A DNA stretch of 62,911 nucleotides, filler included, from Bipalium vagum (taxonomy: Eukaryota), in the NCBI GenBank assembly GCA_037834085.1. It is 3 parts of 3 records of this genome, joined end to end, with 100 filler letters (N's around TTAATTAATTAA, not from the genome) between each part and the next. Parts side by side here need not be neighbours in the genome. Positions count along the whole stretch, not along the records: positions 46,166 to 62,911 come from JBBMKC010096098.1; 2 more parts are not named here. One strand, written 5' to 3'. Shown one piece after another: positions 52,601 through 62,911 of this stretch. The first letter of the stretch is position 1; the number at the start of each line of letters is the position of its first letter. The notes under the pieces were generated by a model. The model made no database searches. It saw nothing but the letters and a program-made list of their open reading frames with translations, and was not told where the DNA came from. Both the position numbers and the translations under genes were made by a program.

Positions 52601-55600
52601 TTAAATAAAATGTTTAAATATATTTTTCACTGAGATTTCTAAAATGATTTCTTGAATAATTTTAAAAGACGAAAAAATTTAGAAAAATATGGATTTTCCA
52701 GTCTTACCTTTCAACAAATATTCACAAGATGAATTTAAGGTATTAGGACTGTTAATAACTGGAAAAAGAATACTGTAATAGATTTGAAAAACAAAATATC
52801 CAAATTAAAATATTTTAATTATTAAATATAAGACTAATATAGAATCAGTAAAGAAAAAAATCGTTGAAATATAAAAAGAATAATTAAAAAGACCTAGTCA
52901 GAAACTGATAAATATTTACCTTAACTTTAACCTTTTCTCTTATTGACAAATCAATTTTGAAAAAGTAAAAGATAATAAGCAGATATTTCTGATGGCTAGT
53001 TTTAAGTTTAACATTAAAAACTGTTGCTCTAGTAGTAATTCAAATCTATATAACAATAACTTTTTAGATAAATAAATAATAAAATACAAATGTACAAAGT
53101 AATCAAATGATAATTAAATTATATAAGTAGTGTGTTTTGATAAATAAACTGTATTATTATGATTTTTCATAGAATATGTTTGGACAACCCAAAGTCTCCA
53201 AATTTTAAATAAAATTTCTTTCTTTTTACTTAAAAAAAACAAAATCATTAAATAAAATTAGAAAATAAATTAAATTATTCACGGAAAAAGTCAATAATCA
53301 CAAGTATGATCAATAACAATATTCAAATTTTAAAAATCTGAAGAAATTTAAGATACATAAATTGTACATTTAAAATATAAAATATTTGAATTTCTAAAAA
53401 TAGTAACGGAAAGTCATTGACTTAATATTCCAAGCAAAAATAAATATTTGAAAGAAAAAAAACAAAAAAACTGAATTTGAAGTAAAAATTGGCTTATCTT
53501 TAGTCATAATACTCAACAAAATTGAGATATATTTCATACCAGTTTAAAATTACCCATGAAAAGAGAATCCATCCTATTTATCTTACAGACACAAAACAAA
53601 AAGGAAAAAAGCTTTAAAACCTAAAGTTTATCGTAAAAAGTAAACTAATGATTAAAACAAAAATTATTATATGAGTTAAATTTAGTTATTTTTGGGTCCA
53701 AAATAAAATTAGGATAATAATAACTTTTTATATAAACAAATGGTACTCTGCTACTCTGCTAACAAAATTAAATTAATATTTGATGAATCGATAACTATAT
53801 TTATTTATTTAAATACTGAAGCTTGATAAATATATAAGGAATTAAATAATGTAACTAAAATCTTAGTTTAGTTAAAATTTAAAATTATACACACTTATTT
53901 ACTATTGAGAAATAAAAATTTTAAATAATTTTTGATTTTTATCAGGTAATTTATTAATTTATACTTCTCAAGATAATTTTTATATAATTAAAAATTAAAA
54001 AACTAACAATTAAATATTAAAAATTACTAAATTTTAGAAATTTAAAATGTTTCAAATTTTAAATAGTAAACTTAGATTTTAATACAAGGTGTTTATTGTG
54101 TATGTTGACATTTTCTTTTGAAACTATAATTGATAAAATTTGTTTATATGAATTAGAACAAAGGTTGAAAAGCTACGGCGACCAGCATATAAAGTTGAGA
54201 CCATATACTGATGTTAATTTTGTGCGATTATAATTTTCGACAAATTCGATTATTGATCAATAATTTTAAGATTTAAATTTTTACATATAATTTTATAATG
54301 AATACTGATGTGCACTTTGACAGATACACTGTCATGTGAAAGTAACCTTGAATAAAACTTTAGGCTTTGTTTATTATTCTAGTAACAGGCGTGGTAGACG
54401 ACCCTGAATTTCGTACACTTAGTTAAGTTACTCGTACTCATGGTTGGTGTTTAAATCCTAAGTTATACTAAAATTTTAAATAAGAAATCTAAATATTAAT
54501 ATTTCCCATTTGTAAAGGGTCTTTAATTACAAACACTAGAAATATAATTACGTTTTTTATTTGACAACATTTGACTTATATTATTGAAATTTACATTTTT
54601 GACCAAAATTTTTAGACATTTATTTAACTATGATTGCTACCAAGAAAAGAAAGATTGAGGACGAGCAACGAATTGTTAATGACTAATAGACTATTTAGTA
54701 TTGCTTTGTGTGCCGTGAATAGATGAGCATCTGTAAAGAGTGCAACTTAAATGCAGCATTAAATGAAAATTTAGGTTTCGGCTTAATATAAAGAACAGTT
54801 TTAACTAGTCTTTAATACATGATTCTACAACTTCTAATCATTATAATAATTCATTTAAATAATTTTTAAATGTAATGTTTACTAGTTTTCCCATGGAATA
54901 AAAATTCAAGTTATTCTGTGAAATGCCAATTTTGAAAATCTTAAGGAGTTGATCTGCAAATAGAAGCAACATTTTTCACCCAACCATCAAGTAGACAAGC
55001 AATAAAAAATACCGGAAAAGTTTAAGAAAACTAGTAGAAAAATTACTTAGACATAATACATAATAATATTTTTCTTATTTAATAATGTATTACAATTTCT
55101 TAAATTATTTTGAACAAACAGATCATCAAAAATCCAATATTCTTGTTTCAGTTAATGTATTTTTCATCATTTATGTAAAATTAGAAGAATTAAGGACGTC
55201 GACATTTTGAGTGAACTTACAAAAACTTTTTGCATCTTTTAAAAGGTCATATTTTTAAACTATCTAGTAAAGATTTTTGAAAAAAATGGAAAAGTTCGCG
55301 CAAGGCACCACAGTTGTAAAGAAATAGGAAAGTTTTATGAAAAATTTGATGAATCTTTTTTGAAAAATTTTTGTTTTAAGAGTATCCTACAATCTACAAA
55401 CATACATGCACTTTTACCATTACAAATATTGATGCATAAATTCTGTTTGTTTAAAATGAAAATTCAACTGTTTTACGACTTTTTGAGTTTTCTCAATTTG
55501 AATACTTATTTTTCTGAGAAATTTTATCCATATTGAATATTTATCGCAACTTTTAAAGTTTTTTCGTGGATCTTTAATGAGTTGTTAATTATCTTAATTA

Positions 55601-58600
55601 TTATTATTATCTTTTTTTTGGTTGATCACCTTGATTATCTTTTGGACGCAAATCTAGAAAATTTGTTTATCTATAGTTTTTCTACTAAAAAACCGCAATC
55701 CTTTAATAAGCTAAATTTTTAAAAAATAACATTTCTAATAAGCCAAGGGTTATATGGGGAAATGATAAATTATATACAAATTATATATATTAAATATAAA
55801 GAACAGTAAATTATTTTGTTATTATTAATTAAATCAGCTAACCAGCCATAGTGTATTGAGATATACAGAAAACTTCAAGAGGCCGATACCATCTTGTGAC
55901 AACATAATCTGTTAGATCATCTTGTTTGTCTCTAGCAAGTCCAAAATCAAGAATTTTTAAATCCAAGTTATCATTTATCCCAATATTTGATGGTTTCAGA
56001 TCCCGGTGAATAATACAACAATCGTAGAGGTACTATAATTAAAAATATAAATCTTTTTAAATGTTAAAATTATTTTGGTTTAAAATAAAATATTTAAAAT
56101 TTAATTCAGCCTACTGATAGTTGACATACGAAATTGTTTTTGAATAATTTTGAAGAAAAAAATGAAGACTATAAGAGTTCATCTGTACTATTAATAGAAG
56201 TAAATATTTTCTTATTTATTAATAAAGTCTATGTTAAATAATAGTAGGCATTTAAGCAATTAGATAAATATTATTATAAAAAGAATTTGAATTGAAAAAT
56301 GTTCACTTTAAACAATTCATGAATATCGACATGTCATACAGTTGAATATATCGGTTATTTTTATTGGCGTGAAGTATAATTATATACATAGGAATATTAA
56401 CCAATTTAATAAATTATCATAAGAAAGCTGTGTTAGATGGTGTCAAGAAATTTTCAAAGATTACATTATAAATCGTTCAGAATAAGTCCACAATATTGTC
56501 ACTAATGACAAACCTATATTCATTTGTACAACCTGAATATTAAGAAACTATCCTGTGAATAAGTTACTAAAAATTATTCGGACTAATAGAAAACCGAGTA
56601 AATTTCATTTCGATTAAAAAGCACTGGTAACTGTGGACTTAAATTGAAGAGCTTTCATCAATGAATAATATATTATTTTCTATCAGAATTCATCTGTGAA
56701 ATTGGAATTGGTCTAAATTAGAAAATTATTCTTCATCAAGGCAATGTTAGTTATCAACAGACGAACCAAAAATTTATTTCTTGCTTAGTATAATGCGGAA
56801 TTTTATCCCAATCATTTTGTTCTCTTTCATTTAAGGTAACATTCGACTATAGTTCTGAATTTACTCTTAGTAATATGATTCGGAATATTGAAAATTCATA
56901 TCTTAAGTCAAAATCAGTACTTACAATTAAATTCTAAATGGTTATAATAATAAATCCAATACACTTTATAAAGTTTATACTGTAAAACATGTTTCTAGGA
57001 TATTCAAGTGTGTTGATATCAACGATAATTAATTTTAAAATATTTTTTCAAGGCTTAAATGTTTTGTCAAATACTAGATTCAGAACATCAAACAGCAGCC
57101 AACTTATGTATAAAAGGAAAATAAAAATAATTACCCTTTAAAAATTTAAAAATAATTAGAAAATATCTCGATAATAAATAAAATATAACATTTTAAGAGA
57201 AGATTTTGAGAAAATTAACATTAATATATAAAACTCACTTAGATTAGTGGATTATTTTACAATCCAGAAAGAAATATATTGAAAACATTTCTGTTTTTAA
57301 AGCGAATGATGTTTGACCAGCGACTAAGTTTTCATTAAGATATTAAGTGATAAGAAAATTTAAAATATTAATTAGAAGAATCTCTAATTTTACTAAATAA
57401 TAAAAATGAAATGAAAATTATCTCTGTATATTTAATAATTGTCCTGTAAGATATGATATAATAATTATTGCTTGCTGTACGACCTTATTGAATTTGTGGA
57501 TTTGGTTTACGAATTACATATTGGTATCAATCCCAAATCTAAAAACCATTATCCATATTATGATTCAATATATTTATAATATTGAATTCTTGAACCAAGC
57601 TCTCTTATTTTAGAATAAATTTTATTCACACTGATATATTTGTTTTTAATTTCCAAATAACAAAAATTAGAGTACTCTTTTTTTTTGGAAAAGTTACCAA
57701 TAAACCAGGAAAAAACTTAGGAGACAACTGGAAAAGCGTTAGCAGGATCAGATAATGAAAAAAGTTCAAAAATCGAATCGATAACATCAGCAAATTGGTT
57801 TATTTGTGTTAATTTTTAAAGATCAGAAGAATAGGATTAAATAATTGGTCCTATTTCACGGAATTGATCCCAAATCAACAATAAATCAAAACAATAATGC
57901 AAAAATGTCTAAGAAAAAGACAGAATTAAGTGAACTCAATCGAGGAAACCCGTGAAAAGCCCAAACTTTGGGAATTATCTGACTAACTGAAATAATAACG
58001 CGTGCAGTTATCTTGTTTCTTTCATAAAACTAGAATCCAGAGTGTAGATCTTTTAAAATTTTGATCGAGGTTCCTGAAAATTGATATTTTATAAACTAAA
58101 AAAATTTTCCCCCTAATTTCAAAATTCACTCCTTTAAATAAACCTCCGGTATTTCCCATTGATCCAACGAATTCTCCTTTTGTTTCTATTCTTTTCAATT
58201 TCATGACATCTTTCTATTTTTTTCTTCCTATAATGAAACTTTAATGAACTCCAAAGTTCTCAATAGCCTTTGAATTTGATGAACTTAGACCATAACTCAC
58301 AGCTTACAGTTTTGATTGCAATTTATAAGGCCTTCGCTTTTTATTTGACATAATAATCATCTCAAAATTTTCTTATAATTGATATTTTAAGATATTTGTA
58401 TATATTACCTTAGGTACTATAATGTACTTGTTATTCTTAAAGTTTAATAAGGATAAGATAAGAATATTAATAAAATAACTCAGTTAATAATCATAATTTA
58501 TTAAGAAAGTAGCTTAGTAAAATGTAACTAAAATTTGAGCAGATATAAAAATTTACTAACCTTTTAGCTTATAACCAAAAAAACATGGTAATTGTTCTTA

Positions 58601-60535
58601 AAATTATTTACCATATAATTGAATAGTTCAAATGACATTTTTCATTATTATGTCACAAATATTCAATTTATAAGATGTATTTTAATATATATTACTTTCA
58701 ATAGGTTTGAAGTTTTTTAACATAGATTTTAAAAATTATTTAGAATTATTTTGATTTAACTGTCTAATTTTCTGACTGTGGGATGTTACTGACTGCAAAA
58801 ACCTATCAATCCGGGTACGTATCTAAAGCAAGACATTGAGACCTATCCATCAAGTGCCTGGTAACTCCGATGCGCCGACCGACAACAACGTTATGAAACA
58901 CAAAGTCTGGCATGAATACAAGCAGGGGGAATATTTACATATTTTTTATAAATTTATTTAATAATGAAACAGATATTTTATTAAAAATCACTAATATCAA
59001 TTAATCTTCTCGTGACATCCGTTTATAAAATTCATAAGTTGAAAATATATAAGGTATATAGAGGGGGTCCATAAAAAATATCGTTATTACGCATTTTGTG
59101 TCGTTAATTACTTTAAAAAAATGACATTTTTAATCAACCTCTCTATAAGTAGTATACTTTTAATCGGTTCAGTCTGGTACATTTAGAAAATAATATTAAA
59201 ATTAATATGAATAAATCGAGTAAAATCGAATAAACTAATTTTTGATTCAGAATAAAAAAATATTATATTTGAACTTTTTGTACACAATTAGCTCTTCAGT
59301 TTACCAAAAATATTAATGAAACAATAAAGTTTTAAAATTCATGTATATGTTGAAATAAATATCGAATTTTTAATTTAATGTTTTAAAAAATTTTGTAAAA
59401 ATTAAATTAAAATGATAGATTTATTTATTCAATTTTCTAAAAAAACTTATCAACTTCAAACCTTAATTATAACATTCTTAACTTGTAATAAATGGAATAT
59501 GTTAATAATTTATGTGAATCAAAATACGACCATGCTGACAGGTAATAATCCAACAAGGACAAACAATTGTTAACCGTCAATTATATAAGTTTACTTAGTT
59601 CAATTACATTTAAAATATTGAATTATTAGAACTTCTATTAATATAAATATTTTATCGATTATTGATGGATTATTAAATGAGAGTAAATAGATAAACGTTA
59701 TTTATAATCATTAGTCAAATATCAATATAATTATCTTTTTTAAAATTTAATTTCTTTTATTTAAGTTTTCAAAGCATACTTTTCTTAGAGTTCCAATGAA
59801 ATAATTGAAGTTTTCAAATGCAATCGAAATAAGCAGTTAGTTCATATATTATATTGTAATGTAATTTATTAAGGTTTCTTAAAACCACATTGTATAAATT
59901 AGATTTAAGACATTTAGAAATAAATTTAGTTTTCATCAATATGAAATAAGTCATTTATATTAAATGAAAAATAAGAATAATGAGGTAGAAAATAACTTTT
60001 AGCGAATATTATATATTTATCTAATAAAATTATTATACGTCACTTACATTTAATCCCATCAATAACTGATAAAATATTCGAATAATCTGTTGATAAATTA
60101 GATTATAATTTCCGATGACAAATTTCAAATCATATTGCATTAAAGGAAGAACTAATACACTGAAAAAATAAAGTTTTACAAAAATAAATATTAAAAACTA
60201 ACACTTCTGTTAATTTTTCATTATCATATTTTGAATATAAATCCAATAATGTAAGGTTCTGTGAAATATAAATTATTTTTCATAAAAAAACTACCATACA
60301 AATCGACTGTTTAAATGCTTAAGAATACTTATTTCACGATAAAGTCTTTTGAATTGATCTTTCCTCGGATAAGATAATTTTATACATTTAAGAGCCACTT
60401 CAGTACCATTTAATTTATATATACCACGACTTTGAAAAATATGATACCATAGCTGAAAATTAAATAAACTACTTACCTCACATTACCACCGGTTCCTCCT
60501 CCGATAAAATCTGAAATTTCATATTTATATGACAT
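49666..60535 (-). CDS. p38: p38-family MAP kinase with atypical TDY activation motif; 10 exons, ~351 aa
   Basis: Manually spliced exons, all GT..AG and phase-compatible with no internal stop: 60477-60535, 60300-60429, 60203-60258, 60048-60159, 55843-56032, 51297-51448, 51163-51250, 49978-50022, 49749-49931, 49666-49706 (1056 nt). Protein: [59 protein letters not shown]...[11 protein letters not shown]...[100 protein letters not shown]...[21 protein letters not shown]...KSHN*. The 6-residue spacing between DFGLAR and TxY is p38-like. An additional upstream exon cannot be excluded. Confidence 0.92.
50330..50950 (-). mobile_element. Tc1-like remnant in kinase intron 7
   Basis: Decayed RK..P.L....RL.F and SPDLN-like pieces. 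Confidence 0.4.
54880..55040 (+). mobile_element. DD41D-like N-terminal remnant in kinase intron 5
   Basis: FPME*KIQVIL*NANFEN...QPSSRQAI...KFKKT. Confidence 0.45.
59057..59147. mobile_element. ~90-bp mariner-derived MITE in kinase intron 4
   Basis: tatagagggggtccataaaaaatatcgtt / aatgacatttttaatcaacctctctata are inverted ends with TA termini. Confidence 0.6.
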
Positions 60536-60829
60536 AGCAATCACTGATTATTCAATTATTCTTATGAATTACTAATTATAAATTAGTAATGCTAAATTTA
60601 AACAAATTTAATGATTCGGCTTAAATGTTAAGTAATAAGAGTAACAGACTCAAATATTATATTTTGTATTTCAAACTATCATATATGATTATATTATAAT
60701 TTTTATATATAATAATCCTTATATTTTTAATTATTAAAATTTACAATTAAATAATCTAATTGCTTTCTAGTGTAGATGTAAGAAATATAAAAATAATAAT
60801 TATTAGTACTTAACGATTGAAAAGTTTTT

Positions 60830-61553
60830 TAAATCTAGTACTTTAAAATAAACCAGTTTTTAAATTAAGCGTCTTTAAAGTCAACACGCTTTTAGATGTG
60901 ATCAAACCATTTTTTAGAACATATTTCTGAAGTTTTTCAAATTTTCCAATGGCTTTTTCAGATACATAATGTAATTTCTTTTTGATTGTTTAGAACAAAA
61001 AGAAATTGCAATTGAATTTGTTGGCTGGTCGTGATCTTTTAGCCCAGGATTACTAAAATAATTTTACTCTATCTTTCGTTATTATACTTTCCACAGATCC
61101 TCTCGATAACTTTAGATTCTCAGCAAAACCTGCAATAGTCATTCGTCGATTCTCCTGAATCAATTTCTCAAGTTATTAATTTTCTCATTATTTGATGTTG
61201 ATGGACAAACATCTCTTTCTTCATCATGCACAGATTGGTGTCCCCTTTTAAATTCTGATACCCAGAATAGTATGAATGGCACTTATCTTATAAGCTGTTG
61301 AAAGATTGAACAGAATCTCCTGTTAGGATTGGCCTAGCAAGTTAGAATCTAATGGCACTGCAATATTCAACTTTTGAAAGGTTCTCATCAGACAAGCACA
61401 TATTTAAATGTGGAGATCAATAAAATAAACACACACGAATGTATTCCTTCTTAGTAAGTACCACACACTGATAATTTTTAATGATATACCAATTTTTTAA
61501 AAATTAATATGCTTATTAGGCTTGTCCAGAAACTTTTTAAACATACCAATTAT
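60830..61553 (-). mobile_element. internally deleted irritans-like mariner upstream of the kinase
   Basis: FWVSEFKRGHQSVHDEERDVCPSTS, SYRGSVESII and C-terminal KRVDFKDA*F. Confidence 0.8.
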
Positions 61554-61569
61554 ATGTGCTTTTCTTCAA

Positions 61570-62120
61570 ATGAAACTAGCATTCACTAGGTGAGCCTCAA
61601 CATATTTCTGAGTTTCTTCAATATCCTGCTTAGTTTAAAGTTCACCTCATGTCAACCCCTCTATTAATAAATGCTAAATTTTAAATCGCTTTCAATCTTT
61701 AATCGCTGCAGCCTTTTAGGTTGTTTTCTTCATATCTGGTAACGTAATATCTACATATTTTTCTAATTTTATATATCGGTGACATGACTGATCCACTTTT
61801 TAAAATCTGGGGTTTCGATTCCTTCTCTAACAAAATCCTAGTCATTGATGCCACATAACGCTTTTCGTTATCCCACATGACTGGTAATTCATTTGTGCAT
61901 TCACCTGTTTTTCTGAACTGGACAATCACTATTGTATATTTATAAATGTGTATAACTTCTCCCATCATCCTGGCAAACACAACTTGATCTGGTAACAACA
62001 TGAACGCTAATAGTTCCGAGCTGCTGATTATCATACCAAACATAATTTATTAAAAATGATACATCTGTTAAGATCCTAAAAAGTGATGTAAGTAAGTGAA
62101 GCTTACTGTGATTTTAGGAC
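61570..62120 (-). mobile_element. endogenous viral element: chuvirus/gB-like fusion glycoprotein (env) fragment, decayed
   Basis: ORF 61699-62043: SELLAFMLLPDQVVFARMMGEVIHIYKYTIVIVQFRKTGECTNELPVMWDNEKRYVASMTRILL...VMSPIYKI, continuing after a frameshift as EGLT*GEL*TKQDIEETQKYV. This matches the remembered chuviral G pattern GEV.HI.KC.PV.V..R.T..CY.ELPV..N....L.P.TRIL...C....P.Y.I ... LA..GIYT..DL. Confidence 0.75.
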
Positions 62121-62911
62121 TTAACGGCGAAGGTTGCTCAATGGTTGTTCGAATTTATTATTTTAAATTACTGAGAAAACGAATTATTTTAAAAACTTTT
62201 ATTTTTATTAAAATAAAATATTAATTTACAATATCGTGATATCGTGATTTTGAATTTGTTGTGGGTTGATGAACAATAATCGCTATTTTTTAAATTCTTT
62301 AATTTCAGCTTTAATTTCTGATAATATAAAGATTTATATTTTTTCTGATTTCCTACGTCCTTATTCTCCTTTTATACTATTATTTCTGCCTGATTTTCAT
62401 AAAACAGCAACTTTCTTGTTTCATCCAATAATTTCCTTATCTGTTTTGTTACTAATTAAAGTTTTATCTGTTATTCTTTCTTTTTTGAATTAAAAAATTT
62501 CCTCTATTATTCATTTATATTAATATTTTGTTGCCTTCTCTTAAAAACTTCCAGTATCCAACTCTTAGAATAATAATTTTTACACTTTTAATTAATTAAT
62601 TATATAATTTATTAATTTATTCATATTTACATATTGTTTTACTATTTTTCAATCAAGGAAGACTTTTGCAATTATTTGACTATCAAAATTATATTTAAAT
62701 TCGTCTAGCTTTTGAAAAATACCAGAATTCAAAACTAAAAAAATTTCTTAAATTTTCTTCTTTTCTTTTAAAAACAATAATAATAACATGTAGAAAATAT
62801 GTAAAAAACAGTAAAATATAACATGTAAAAAAAGAATATTTATGGTAGTAGCTAGTCAATGGAAGGTCAGGTTTGAACCCAAAAATATACTTTTTTTTCT
62901 GTCCACTATAT

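Noticed and set aside
54090-54400. Possible solo LTR (TG...TATAAA...AATAAA...AACA)
   Set aside because: No second LTR, no TSD and no recognisable tRNA primer-binding site.
1-62911. CRISPR arrays, rRNA, tRNA, prokaryotic operons
   Set aside because: None seen. The spliceosomal introns and eukaryotic transposons show this is eukaryotic nuclear DNA.

Overview
Very AT-rich eukaryotic genomic DNA, most likely from an invertebrate animal (inferred from the short 41-47 nt introns and the gene content; the species cannot be identified from sequence alone). There are three assembly gaps, two of them carrying an artificial TTAATTAATTAA linker. I can reconstruct one intact host gene: a 10-exon, ~351-aa p38-family MAP kinase on the minus strand (60535->49666). 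It is unusual in having a T-D-Y activation motif instead of T-G-Y, a GGGTGG glycine loop, PLE for APE and an apparently extra 45-nt exon. The rest of the window is mostly decayed transposons: over 20 Tc1/mariner copies of several subfamilies (irritans-, mauritiana-, cecropia- and mellifera-like, DD41D/rosa-like, Tc1/IS630-like), plus Merlin, Gypsy RT/integrase, and weaker LINE, BEL/Pao, MULE and Helitron remnants, MITEs and a 12/24-bp minisatellite. Most notable observations: (1) a decayed chuvirus/gB-like viral fusion glycoprotein fragment (~61570-62120); (2) the TDY-type p38; (3) a DD41D-type element whose transposase-like C-terminus is split by a host-type 45-nt intron; (4) a nested mariner stack enclosing a host-like coiled-coil fragment; (5) an inverted copy of a kinase exon end and splice donor inside the next intron; (6) a structured repeat found twice; (7) scattered host-gene pseudogene debris (RBX-like RING, OST3-like). 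All family assignments come from manual translation and remembered motifs. No database searches were run.
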